NCBI GenBank assembly: GCA_044376115.1
Contig: JBILLK010000010.1
Location: 224,001-288,000, forward strand
DNA length: 64,000 bases
Reading direction: 5' to 3'
DNA from: Polyangiaceae bacterium
Lineage (GTDB): Bacteria > Myxococcota_A > Polyangia > Polyangiales > Polyangiaceae
Shown: positions 47,655-58,209 of the stretch, piece by piece
Layout of the letters: every line of letters starts with the position of its first letter
How positions within the stretch are numbered: the stretch's first letter is position 1
Translations under genes and position numbers: made by a program
Notes under the pieces: generated by a model
Seen by the model: only the letters and a program-made list of their open reading frames with translations
Told to the model about the DNA's origin: nothing
The model's database searches: none

Positions 47655-49475
47655 TTAGCGTTCGTCGCGCACCGAGAGTTCGATCTTCCAGCGCTCATCG
47701 GGCTTGCGTGGGGTAACCGGCAGCGCCTCGAACAGCAACGTACCCACCTCGGTCACCGAGGCGGCCAGATGCACCGGCACCACTTCTCCCAAAGGCCGCC
47801 CCTCGCTCGGCAACGTTACTTCGATCGGCGGTAGCTCCTCGAGATCCTCGCCAATCTGCTCGATCATCGTACCGGCTACATCGGCGCGACGCGTGGTGGA
47901 GCCGTAAAACTTGAAGCGGACACTCTCGCCAACCACGACCCCTAGTTCGACCTCGGGCAAGCCGGAGCGAGACCCCTCCTCCATACCGAAGGGCGCGACG
48001 CATAGAGCGGTAAGCGGCGGCTCGATTCCCGGAACGGCCGGCGCTGAACTCTCGATACCCACGTAGTATGAGCGAGCGGTACCGCCGCGAATACGCAAGC
48101 CGCTCCCGCGGCGAACTAGCCCATAGTGAGCTGCCCCAACCGCTACAGCATGATCGAGGTCGCTACCGGAGAGCGCCCGAGGTGCCGGCGCGCCCTCGGA
48201 CTCCGCCCAATCCGTAAGGACTGCCATCACTCGCTGTTGCAAACGCGGGCTCTTCATCACCCCGCCGTTGAACAGCACCAATGTCGGGTGCACCATCGTT
48301 CGACCCGGGGCTGACTGCACGCTCGCCTGCTTCGATAGGAAGGCCGCCAAGTGTCTCGTCACGGCCGCGTCATCCGCATAGGGCAAACCTAGTGATACGA
48401 GGCCGACCCTCGGGCGCTTCACCGGCCTGGCCGAGCTCGGTACCAACGGGAAGAAGCCTTCGATCAGCGTCCTCTCCACTTCGGCCTGCTCAATCGTGGT
48501 GCGCAGCGTCCCACCGACGAGCGCTGAGCCGGTTGCGGCGACGGCGACCGGGGCGCTGCCGAGCTGTGCGTCCGAGAGCAGCCTCTCCTTGGCGCCGCGC
48601 GCGGCGAAGGTGAGAGCGACCATTTGCATACGGTCGACCTCCTTGCCTGCCGCGGTCAACTTTTGCTTCGCCAAGTGAGCGAGCGCTAAGTCCATATTGT
48701 CGCCCCCCAACAGGATGTGGTCTCCGACGGCCAACCGCTGAAGCTCGAACGTGCCCTCTGACTCGCTGACGCTGATGAGCGAGAAGTCGGTCGTGCCGCC
48801 GCCAACGTCGACGACCAGGATGACGTCGCCCACTTTGACCTCCTTGCGGAAGGACTCCCCGCGCGAGGCAATCCAAGCGTAGAGCGCTGCCTGGGGCTCC
48901 TCCAGCAGCGTTAGGTTGGTAAAGCCCGCGGCCATCGCGGCTTCCACGGTCAGGTCGCGTGCGGAGGCATCGAACGAAGCCGGTACCGTCAGCACGATAT
49001 CAGCGTCGGCGAGCGACTCCCCGTTCCTCAGGTGAGCGAACGCTTCATTCAAATGATCGAGGTAGCGATAGGAGGCCTCGACCGGCGAGATCTTCTCGAC
49101 ACCGCTATCAGCGGTAGCGGGCAGCACGCCGGAACGCCGATCGATACCGGAGTGACAGAGCCAGCTCTTCGCCGAAGAAACCAGCCTGCCAGGCGCTTCG
49201 ACTCCGCGTTTACGTGCATATTCGCCCACCGCAAAGTTGCGCTCGGCGTCCCAAGGCAAAGCCAGCGCCCCTTCAGTGGGTGCCGCCAAGTAGAGGAAGG
49301 ACGGCAAAAGGTCGCGCTCCTCTACCGTATCGGCGCTCGTCAGCTGGGGGATGTTGATTGACTCGACGTTCGGCGATTCCCCCGCCGAGAAGTCCGCTCG
49401 AGCAACGGCACAATGCGTGGTGCCAAGGTCAATACCAACGACGACCGAGGGCAACGTCTCCGACGTATCATTCAT
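47655..49475 (-). CDS. atypical Hsp70-family protein
   Basis: GIDLGTT, SSAKSWL, TVPASFD, DVGGGTTD, GGDNMD, AVAVGAA. Confidence 0.9.
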   Translation of the reverse strand: MNDTSETLPSVVVGIDLGTTHCAVARADFSAGESPNVESINIPQLTSADTVEERDLLPSFLYLAAPTEGALALPWDAERNFAVGEYARKRGVEAPGRLVSSAKSWLCHSGIDRRSGVLPATADSGVEKISPVEASYRYLDHLNEAFAHLRNGESLADADIVLTVPASFDASARDLTVEAAMAAGFTNLTLLEEPQAALYAWIASRGESFRKEVKVGDVILVVDVGGGTTDFSLISVSESEGTFELQRLAVGDHILLGGDNMDLALAHLAKQKLTAAGKEVDRMQMVALTFAARGAKERLLSDAQLGSAPVAVAATGSALVGGTLRTTIEQAEVERTLIEGFFPLVPSSARPVKRPRVGLVSLGLPYADDAAVTRHLAAFLSKQASVQSAPGRTMVHPTLVLFNGGVMKSPRLQQRVMAVLTDWAESEGAPAPRALSGSDLDHAVAVGAAHYGLVRRGSGLRIRGGTARSYYVGIESSAPAVPGIEPPLTALCVAPFGMEEGSRSGLPEVELGVVVGESVRFKFYGSTTRRADVAGTMIEQIGEDLEELPPIEVTLPSEGRPLGEVVPVHLAASVTEVGTLLFEALPVTPRKPDERWKIELSVRDER

Positions 49476-50116
49476 ACTTCGATCTCCGCCTTCGCCAGGA
49501 TCTTTGCGTCAAAGTCTTTGGTGGGAATTGGAAGCTTCACGGTCTTCGCTAGCCAGCCCTTGTGCTTGAGCACGCCGCGCTGGGCGGTCCCGTCGCCAAC
49601 GGCTCCGGTCAATTTGAACAGCGGCTTGGCCGTTCCCTCGAGGGACACTTTGGAGCCCTCCTTCTCGGTGAACACGGGCTCGATCTCGAGCCGATGCTTC
49701 AACGCCTTGTTACACCCCTCGTGAACGACTCGAGCCGCTGCGCCAATGTCTTGGTCGTCAAAGTTAGCCACGTCTTGCTTCAGGAAATCCACCAAGCGGC
49801 CGTCGGCTTGCAGCATCGACAGGAGCAGCAGCGCCCCTTGCTCACGGCCGAGTTCTGCCCCGGCGGCTTGCCCGGCGTCCACCCCTTCGGCGCGAGCCTT
49901 GGCAAGCGCGGCAGCAAGCTCTGCCTCTTTTGCGGCCTTGTCCTCGACTTGCTCGGTCTCACTCGGCGAAGCATCGGGCGTGGGCTCAGCGAGCTTGGGG
50001 GCGGCGTGATTGAGCGACTGCACCCGCGCCGCAAAGCGACCGTCAAAGAGCAGCTTGAAGAAGACCACCCAGGCCATCCACAGGCGTGTTCCAAGGCCAA
50101 TCTCATCGTCTTGCAC
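49472..50116 (-). CDS. DUF2760-domain protein
   Basis: LLSMLQADGRLVDFL, IGAAARVVHEGC, GVLKHKGW; ATGA overlap with Hsp70; start uncertain (GTG at 50116). Confidence 0.8.
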   Translation of the reverse strand: MQDDEIGLGTRLWMAWVVFFKLLFDGRFAARVQSLNHAAPKLAEPTPDASPSETEQVEDKAAKEAELAAALAKARAEGVDAGQAAGAELGREQGALLLLSMLQADGRLVDFLKQDVANFDDQDIGAAARVVHEGCNKALKHRLEIEPVFTEKEGSKVSLEGTAKPLFKLTGAVGDGTAQRGVLKHKGWLAKTVKLPIPTKDFDAKILAKAEIEV

Positions 50117-50170
50117 GAAGCGGGACCTTAGTACGATCTTGCCGGAAGTGTGGTTCAATAGCTGGCTTCC

Positions 50171-51397
50171 ATGCCGACCTTTGCGGCCGCTGAACAAAAG
50201 ATGGCTTTCGTGATGGTTGGTCTCCCAGCCCGAGGAAAGTCCTACATTGCGCGGAAGCTCGCGCGCTACCTACGCTGGCGCGGCCAGGAGACCCGGGTTT
50301 TCAACGTGGGGACCTATCGCCGAGAGATCGTCGGCAGCCAGGTCAGCCATGACTTCTTCGACCCTGACAACCCGGAGGGCCGCAAAGAGCGGATGCGGCT
50401 GGCCGAGCTGGTGCTCAAAGACATGCTGCGCTGGCTTATGAGCACGGGCCAAGTCGGCATTTATGATGCGACCAACTCGACCAAAGAGCGACGTCGCTGG
50501 ATTCGTGAGACCTGCACCGCAGCCGGGGTGACCGTGGTCTTCATCGAGACAGTCTGTGATGATCCGCACGTCATCGATCGCAACTTGCGCGACACCAAGC
50601 TCCACTCCCCCGACTACGCGGGGGTCGCGCCCGAGGACGCGCTCGTCGACTTCAAGCAGCGGATAGCGCACTACCAGCGCGCTTATGAACCGCTAGCGGA
50701 TGACGAGGGGAGGTTCGTCAAGCTGATCGACGAAGGCACCAAGGTGGTGGTCCACAATGTCGACGGCGCCATTCTTTCACGCGTCGTCTACTTCCTGATG
50801 AACCTGCGCACCAAGCGGCGGCCGATCTGGCTGACGCGGCACGGGGAGAGCCAGTTCAACGTTGAAGACCGCATCGGTGGGGACAGCGGGCTGAGTCCGC
50901 GAGGGCACGAGTTCGCTCGCGCGCTCGCCGGCTTCATGCAACCGCGGCGCGGCAAAGAGCCGATCACCGTGTGGACGAGCCGCCTCCAACGTACGATCCA
51001 AACGGCCAGCTACTTAGCTGAGAGAACTACCGCCTTCCGTTCGCTGGACGAGATCGACGCCGGCGAGTGTGACGGCATGACCTATACCGAGGTACGCAAA
51101 CGTTACCCCGAGCAGTTCGAGGCCCGCGCGAAGGACAAGCTCAACTACCGCTACCCGCGTGGAGAGTCCTACAACGACGTCATTCAACGGCTGGATCCCA
51201 TCATCATCGAGATCGAGCGGCACGAGCATCCGATCTTGGTGGTAAGTCATCAAGGCGTGTTGCGCGCACTCTACGCCTACCTGATGGACACCCCGCCCGC
51301 CGACTGCCCCCATATCCCGATGCCGCTTCACACCGTGCTCGAGCTCATGCCGAGCGCTTATGGCTGCACCGAACGCAGGTTTCCCCTCTCCTCTTGA
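50171..51397 (+). CDS. bifunctional 6-phosphofructo-2-kinase/fructose-2,6-bisphosphatase (PFKFB-like)
   Basis: MVGLPARGKSY, VFNVG.YRR, YDATNST..RR, SPDY, DF..RI..Y; RHGES..N..RIGGD, EIDAG.CDGMTY, YRYPRGESY.D, SHQ. Confidence 0.93.
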   Translation: MPTFAAAEQKMAFVMVGLPARGKSYIARKLARYLRWRGQETRVFNVGTYRREIVGSQVSHDFFDPDNPEGRKERMRLAELVLKDMLRWLMSTGQVGIYDATNSTKERRRWIRETCTAAGVTVVFIETVCDDPHVIDRNLRDTKLHSPDYAGVAPEDALVDFKQRIAHYQRAYEPLADDEGRFVKLIDEGTKVVVHNVDGAILSRVVYFLMNLRTKRRPIWLTRHGESQFNVEDRIGGDSGLSPRGHEFARALAGFMQPRRGKEPITVWTSRLQRTIQTASYLAERTTAFRSLDEIDAGECDGMTYTEVRKRYPEQFEARAKDKLNYRYPRGESYNDVIQRLDPIIIEIERHEHPILVVSHQGVLRALYAYLMDTPPADCPHIPMPLHTVLELMPSAYGCTERRFPLSS

Positions 51398-51434
51398 GGC
51401 GATGCTTCAAGCAAACCCCGAGAGCGCTTGAACG

Positions 51435-52085
51435 GTGAAGGCCTCCGAGCGAGACCTCGCAGACCAGGCGTGCGCCGCCCTGCAGGCTGGGCGGCTAACG
51501 CCATCGAGTTTTCGCCGCTCGCTCACGCGCGTTGAAGCGCACACGCGCGACGCTTGGCTCGACCTGGTGTTAGGGCTTGAACCGCCGCCCCCCGACGGCC
51601 CCTCCCTACCACGCGGCTGCGTCCCGTATTTGCCGAGTTCCGTCGAGGTATTGCTACGTGCCAGCGATCTCGTCGGACTCGGGCCGGAAGACGTGTTCGT
51701 GGACGTCGGCTCGGGTGCTGGCCGGGCGCTAGCGGCGATCCACCTGCTCACCGGCGCGCGGGTGGTCGGGCTGGAGATTCAGCCGGAACTCGTACAGAGC
51801 TCGCGTGAACTCATGGCGCGGCTAGGCATTACCAATTACGAGATCGCACAGGGCGACTGTCTCGAGCTCATTGGGCTGATTCCCCAAGCAGCCGTCCTAC
51901 TGCTCTATTGCCCCTTTGCGTTCGACAAGCTCAATCGCTTTCTCGACCGGCTCGAGGAGCGCGCTCGAAGCAGCGAGCTGCGGCTCTGTTGCGTCGACGT
52001 GCCGCCTATTTCACGCAGCTGGCTCGAACGTGCTGAGGTCAAAGCCGGAGACCTGACGATCTACCGGAGCAAGCTTCACCGTTGA
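51435..52085 (+). CDS. class I SAM-dependent methyltransferase (DOT1-like motif I)
   Basis: PY.P, DVFVDVGSGAGR, GLE, GD, LYCPF. Confidence 0.8.
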   Translation: MKASERDLADQACAALQAGRLTPSSFRRSLTRVEAHTRDAWLDLVLGLEPPPPDGPSLPRGCVPYLPSSVEVLLRASDLVGLGPEDVFVDVGSGAGRALAAIHLLTGARVVGLEIQPELVQSSRELMARLGITNYEIAQGDCLELIGLIPQAAVLLLYCPFAFDKLNRFLDRLEERARSSELRLCCVDVPPISRSWLERAEVKAGDLTIYRSKLHR

Positions 52086-52098
52086 GCTAAGGCAACCG

Positions 52099-52122
52099 AG
52101 CTGGGCCACTGCGGGCCCAGCT
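52099..52122. terminator. hairpin between convergent genes
   Basis: AGCTGGGCC-actgcg-GGCCCAGCT. Confidence 0.5.
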
Positions 52123-52140
52123 TCAGCCAAACCTTCCGCG

Positions 52141-53685
52141 TTACTGGGAGAAGCCCTCGAGGAGATAGTGGGCCTCGATGCGGCGCAGCGCGAGGACCAT
52201 GGCTGCGGCGCGCGTGTTGAGCTTCTTGCCTACGGTAAATCCGCGGGAGTCATGCTCTTCACCTTTGCGAGCGGTGTCGTCGGCGATGTCGAGAATAACG
52301 CGATAGTTATTCTTGATAGCGCGCTCCAAGCGGGAGTTTACCTCCGCCTCGGTCCACTGCTCCATGCGCTTGTTCTGGATCCATTCGTAGTAAGAAACCG
52401 TGACGCCGCCGGCGTTGGCGATGATGTCCGGGATCAGCTCGATGCCCCGCTGCTCGAGCACTTGGTCCGCCTCGACGGTGGTTGGACCATTCGCCCCTTC
52501 TGCGACGAGCTTTGCTTTGATGCGTTCAGCGACCGAGCCTGTGATCGACCCGCCGAGCGCGGCCGGGATGCAGATATCGCAATCAACCTCCCAGAAGTCC
52601 GACGAGCCAATGGCCTGCGCGTCACCATAGCCGTGCACCGACCGCTTTAGGTTATTGGGGTTCTGGTGCACGTATTCGCTGAGCTTCGCCGCGTTGATCC
52701 CGTTCGGGTCGGCGATCGAACCGTCGGCGTCTTGTACGGCGACACACACTGCCCCCATCTCGGTCAGAATCTCAGCGGCGCAGCTGCCGACGTTGCCGTA
52801 GCCCTGTACGATAAACCGAGCGCCCTTTAGCGGCTTGTTGCGACGCGTGTACCACTCCTCGATGCAATACGCGACGCCCTGCCCCGTCGCGCGTACGCGA
52901 CCCTTCGACCCACCGATGCGCACGTCTTTTCCGGTGACGACGCCGCGCATGGCGTGCCGCTCCCGCTCGCCGTCCGAGTACTGTCGGAGCAGCCAGGCCA
53001 TGACCTCAGCGTTGGTACCGACATCGGGCGCCGGGATGTCCAAGTTCGGGCCCACGAGCTGCTTGAGCTTGTACATATAGCGAAGGGAAATCGCCTCGAG
53101 TTCGTCTTTGGTGAAGGCTCGCGGCTCCATGCGAATACCACCTTTTCCTCCACCGAACGGGACGTCGGCGATGGCCGTCTTCCAGGTCATTTCAGCCGCT
53201 AGCACGTTAAACAAATCGAGCGAGACGTCCTTGTGGAAGCGCAGACCTCCCTTGTAAGGGCCGCGAGCCTGATTGTGCTGTACGCGATAGGCCTTCAAGC
53301 GAATGTGGCCGCCGGGCGTTACCCGATAGAGGCCGGACGTTAGCCGCAGCACGCCGTCACGAGCATGAAGGGTCGCTCCACGAAGGGCGTCTTGTTTGAC
53401 GCCCAGCTTGCCGTCGAACAGCGGCGTGAAAGCGTTGGCGGGTAAACTGGAGTTCGGCAGATCGGCAAAGTTCGTGACTTCGGCCGCTTCGAGCGGAACT
53501 AGCCGGTCTCCCACCTGCGTTGTCACATAGAAGATGTGCTCGTAGTCAGGCTGCTCCAGCTCGAGGCGGATGCGGGGGTGCAGCCCAATTAGGTCTGCGG
53601 CTCGGTGAAACACCTGAAGCGATTCACCAAAGAGGGTCGACTCTGGCTCGCGGTCATGCGCGAGTGTTGCGTTGTTGGTGGTCAT
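52141..53685 (-). CDS. Glu/Leu/Phe/Val dehydrogenase (glutamate dehydrogenase)
   Basis: YRVQHN.ARGPYKGGLRF, MTWK, GGGKGG, DIPAPDVGT, VTGK, QGYGNVG, EGANGP, NAGGVTVSYYEW. Confidence 0.95.
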   Translation of the reverse strand: MTTNNATLAHDREPESTLFGESLQVFHRAADLIGLHPRIRLELEQPDYEHIFYVTTQVGDRLVPLEAAEVTNFADLPNSSLPANAFTPLFDGKLGVKQDALRGATLHARDGVLRLTSGLYRVTPGGHIRLKAYRVQHNQARGPYKGGLRFHKDVSLDLFNVLAAEMTWKTAIADVPFGGGKGGIRMEPRAFTKDELEAISLRYMYKLKQLVGPNLDIPAPDVGTNAEVMAWLLRQYSDGERERHAMRGVVTGKDVRIGGSKGRVRATGQGVAYCIEEWYTRRNKPLKGARFIVQGYGNVGSCAAEILTEMGAVCVAVQDADGSIADPNGINAAKLSEYVHQNPNNLKRSVHGYGDAQAIGSSDFWEVDCDICIPAALGGSITGSVAERIKAKLVAEGANGPTTVEADQVLEQRGIELIPDIIANAGGVTVSYYEWIQNKRMEQWTEAEVNSRLERAIKNNYRVILDIADDTARKGEEHDSRGFTVGKKLNTRAAAMVLALRRIEAHYLLEGFSQ

Positions 53686-53926
53686 TGCCACCACGATCAC
53701 CGAGGGCTTGCGGATTCGCAAGATGGTTCCACGGTCGCGCGGCCGGTCCCTGAAGAAAGATGAATGCGCGCTTCCCTCCGTTGACGGAAGTGCCCTCGCA
53801 ACCAACCCTGGGACACGGGCGAGGCACGGTGCCCGCCCAGAGGTCGAGGACGCGGAAATCCCTCAAGATGTTCACGTCCTCGCGCATTGAGCCCGTCGGG
53901 GAATACCCCGGCGAGGAGAGAACAGC

Positions 53927-54433
53927 ATGTATCCTGGTTTTTTTGGATTCTGGAAACAACGACACCACCACGGCGAAGAAGCGCATTGCGGCGAGGAGCG
54001 AGCGTGTGGACCTCGCGGTGGGTTTGGTCCCGGGCATAGGCCGTTTGGCCCAGGAGGGCCGGGTGGCCCCGCCGATTGGGACAACGACGGAGGCGGCTTT
54101 GGCGTACGGCGACCGCTGCGCTTTCTCGCGTGGAAGCTCGAGCTCGAGGAGCACCAGGTGGCGAAGCTCGCTGTCTTGCTGGACGAACTGAAGACAGAGC
54201 GAGCCCAAGCAGCAGTGGACCAACGGCGCTCGATCGCTGCGTTTGCCGACGGGGTCGAGAGTGAGGTGTTCGACCTTGCTCGAGCCACTGAAGCAGCAGA
54301 GCAACGCGTGCGCACAGCCGAGCGCTTGAAGCAGGCGGTGCTCAAAGCGCTGCAGGCGATGCACGAGTTACTTACGCCGGAGCAGCGTAAGCGGCTTGCG
54401 TATCTACTGCGCACAGGCGCGTTGAGCATCTAA
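53927..54433 (+). CDS. Spy/CpxP-like (LTxxQ) protein
   Basis: AGGAG RBS; LELEEHQ and LLTPEQRKRL motifs; His/Gly-rich N-terminus. Confidence 0.8.
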   Translation: MYPGFFGFWKQRHHHGEEAHCGEERACGPRGGFGPGHRPFGPGGPGGPADWDNDGGGFGVRRPLRFLAWKLELEEHQVAKLAVLLDELKTERAQAAVDQRRSIAAFADGVESEVFDLARATEAAEQRVRTAERLKQAVLKALQAMHELLTPEQRKRLAYLLRTGALSI

Positions 54434-54440
54434 CGCAAGG

Positions 54441-54472
54441 AGCCCGGTGGTCCGTCGACCATCGGGCTTTTT
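54441..54472 (+). terminator. rho-independent terminator
   Basis: AGCCCGGTGGTC-cgtc-GACCATCGGGCT stem followed by a T-run, 7 bp after the stop. Confidence 0.8.
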
Positions 54473-54490
54473 CTCAAGCCTTAGAGATCC

Positions 54491-55372
54491 TCAGAGTCCA
54501 CCGACGAAGCTACGTAGCAGCTCCAGCACCAAGCGGATCTTGGGTATTTCGGCGAGCACCCGCGGCGCCGAGATCCACAGGCGGAGTTCAGCCCCGACTT
54601 GCTCTGGCAAGACACGCACGAGCGGCTCCCCGCCAAATGGCTCTGGAAGACCGGCGTCTGGAATGAACGCCATCGCCAAGCCGGCGGCGCAGCTGCGGCG
54701 AATGATATGCATGTCGGTCCCGATGACTACGGGCGCAATGCGATAGCGTGCACCGTCGCGAGTGGGAAGTTCACAGGCGTCCTCGCCAGGGGCCTGCCAC
54801 GCGTAGATCTCATGCGCGGCCAACTCTGCAAGCGACCGTGGAGTTCCGTGAGAGGCTAGATAGCTCGAGGACGCGAGCAAGGACCGTTCAAGGCGCACCA
54901 TGGGAAAGGAAACCCACGCCGCACCGGGCGAGTTCTCGGTGAAGTGCACCGCGAGATCGATCTCCTCGAGAGGCTCTCCCAGCGGGTCGCTGCTAAAGCG
55001 ACAATGCAAGTGCAGCCCGGGGAACTTGGCGCGCATCATCGCGATCAGCTGGGGCATCAATTCTGGGGGCATACCGACTGGCATCACCGCTCGCAACGTG
55101 CCGCGCGGGGTCGACCCCATATCGCGCACGGAGGACAACACCGCCCTCATCTCTTGCATCATTCGGTGCCCCTGCGAGGCGAGCGCCTTTCCCGCATCGG
55201 TGAGGACGATGCCGCGCGGAGTCCCTTCCAAGAGCGCGACCCCAGCCCGCGCCTCGAGGGAATCCACCTTGCGACGCAAGGTCGTACGCGACATGGCGAG
55301 CGAGTCGGCTGCCGCCAGGTACGACCCTGTCTCGGCTACCGCGACAAACGCTCGAAGCTCCTCCAGATCCAT
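54491..55372 (-). CDS. LysR-family transcriptional regulator
   Basis: MDLEELRAFVAVAETGS..AAA..L...LE...GV.L...LTDAG; PRGTLR. Confidence 0.93.
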   Translation of the reverse strand: MDLEELRAFVAVAETGSYLAAADSLAMSRTTLRRKVDSLEARAGVALLEGTPRGIVLTDAGKALASQGHRMMQEMRAVLSSVRDMGSTPRGTLRAVMPVGMPPELMPQLIAMMRAKFPGLHLHCRFSSDPLGEPLEEIDLAVHFTENSPGAAWVSFPMVRLERSLLASSSYLASHGTPRSLAELAAHEIYAWQAPGEDACELPTRDGARYRIAPVVIGTDMHIIRRSCAAGLAMAFIPDAGLPEPFGGEPLVRVLPEQVGAELRLWISAPRVLAEIPKIRLVLELLRSFVGGL

Positions 55373-55428
55373 GCGCTCCCTTGCGGCGCGATGAGAGTGG
55401 ATTGCGAGCGGAAGCGCAAGGGCGTGGG

Positions 55429-56532
<1,104 letters not shown>

Positions 56533-56669
56533 TCCAACAAGCTTGGCCGCGGAGTTTGGATTTCTTGCGTTCCCGCTCGTGTGGAATTGTTAACGCGCTG
56601 ACTGCGCCCGAGCGCCGCTTTGATCAGGTTGGGCTTGCGGCGGGGGCGCGCCGCGATGACCGTTCACTC

Positions 56670-57494
56670 ATGCGGCGAATCGCTGTGGCGGGTGTAATTC
56701 TGGTGCTCCTCGGGTGTGGAGCTCGGACGGGACTTCCGGAGTTTGACAACGATGGCGGCGCCGGTGGCGGTGGTGGTGGCAGCCCTCCCGTGCCGTGCGA
56801 AGGTGTGGAGGAACAAAGCTGCGGCAGTGACTTGGGCGAATGCTCACCTGGCCTTCAGCGGTGCCAACCCGACGGCTTCTTCGGACCTTGTGAAGGAGCG
56901 GTCGGCCCGTTCGAGGAGCTTTGCAACGACCTCGACGACGACTGTGATTCAGTCATCGACAACGGCTTTGGGATTGGCGGCGCTTGTGACGGCGCAGACA
57001 GCGACAGTTGCTTGGACGATGTGATGACCTGCCAGGGCTGCACGCTCGGCCCGGATCTCGTTGAGACCTGCAATGGGACAGATGACAACTGCAACGGCAT
57101 CATCGATTCGGATTGCGAGGTTGGAGATTGCTCCCCCACCCTCCTTGTCACCGGCTCGGTCCCGTCCAGCCCTGGCTGCATCGACTTCCCCGTCGAGGCC
57201 GGGTCCACCGGCGTCATCAACTACCCGTGCGGCGGTGGAGATGTAACGGCCACGCTGGGGGCCATCACCTTTTCGGGGTCCGTGAACAACGGCGAGGTCT
57301 CTCTCTTTGGTACCATCGACTTTGTTGGGCCAGACGACTGCCTCTGGCGCGCTGACCACTTCATCAACGGGTCGATCCCGGCCGGCACCGTCGCCTATTT
57401 TTACGAGGAGACGCTGTTGACCCCGCCCGGCAACGGCTGTTGGTCTCCGTGCACCGAGACCGGCACAGTGGACATCAATTGGGTGGAGCGCTGA
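56670..57494 (+). CDS. Cys-rich lipoprotein with MopE-like (C-N/D-G-x-D-D-N/D-C) repeats
   Basis: Lipobox LLGC; ELCNDLDDDCDS and ETCNGTDDNCNG. Confidence 0.78.
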   Translation: MRRIAVAGVILVLLGCGARTGLPEFDNDGGAGGGGGGSPPVPCEGVEEQSCGSDLGECSPGLQRCQPDGFFGPCEGAVGPFEELCNDLDDDCDSVIDNGFGIGGACDGADSDSCLDDVMTCQGCTLGPDLVETCNGTDDNCNGIIDSDCEVGDCSPTLLVTGSVPSSPGCIDFPVEAGSTGVINYPCGGGDVTATLGAITFSGSVNNGEVSLFGTIDFVGPDDCLWRADHFINGSIPAGTVAYFYEETLLTPPGNGCWSPCTETGTVDINWVER

Positions 57495-57500
57495 CCGCCC

Positions 57501-58142
57501 TCAGCTCCGGAAGATCTGCCAAAGGCTCAGGCCGGTCGCAAGAAACAGCGCAAACGCGCCACCAAAAAGGCTAACCCACAGCAGGGTGAGGGGTAGCGGT
57601 GCAGCAACCCCACTTGCTTGGGCCAAGGCGTCCCCTTGGACGTTCTTCGGCGCGGCGCCTGGCACGAGCGGAATCTGCTGACGACGATCCCCCACGGCCA
57701 GGGCTAGCGCAAACAGCGCGCCTAAAGCTGGTAGCAGACCGAGCAGCCCAACCAACGCCGCGTTCTCTGCTCGGTCCGTCGCCTTCTCGACCCGCGATTC
57801 ACGCTCACCCGGCGCGAACACCGAGTCGCTGGTGCGGACATCCCGAGCCTCCGCGTGATTGAAGTGCGCAGATAGGTCCGACACCAAAAGCGCGGAAAGC
57901 GCTGCGGCGCCAGCGACCAAGGCCAAGCGAGCCGTGCCCTTGTGCTGGCGGCGCCAAACGAAATGAGCGCCGAGCAGCAGACTCGCCCCCAAGACCAGAA
58001 ACAGCGCCAAGGCACCGCCAAAGCCAGCACTCCCCAGCAAGGATGTCTTGAGCCCAATGACGCCGACAAGGACCGCCGCCCCCATTCCGACACCACCGAA
58101 AAGCAGCTGGGTCCGCCGCGAAGCAGGAAGGCCGTTTTTCAT
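57501..58142 (-). CDS. hypothetical multi-pass membrane protein
   Basis: About 5 hydrophobic helices; start inferred at MKNG. Confidence 0.6.
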   Translation of the reverse strand: MKNGLPASRRTQLLFGGVGMGAAVLVGVIGLKTSLLGSAGFGGALALFLVLGASLLLGAHFVWRRQHKGTARLALVAGAAALSALLVSDLSAHFNHAEARDVRTSDSVFAPGERESRVEKATDRAENAALVGLLGLLPALGALFALALAVGDRRQQIPLVPGAAPKNVQGDALAQASGVAAPLPLTLLWVSLFGGAFALFLATGLSLWQIFRS

Positions 58143-58209
58143 CTTCGTGGACCTTAGTCCTCTTTTCGGGTTCCGGCCGGACAAAAGCCTGGGCAAGCTT
58201 GCGAGCACG

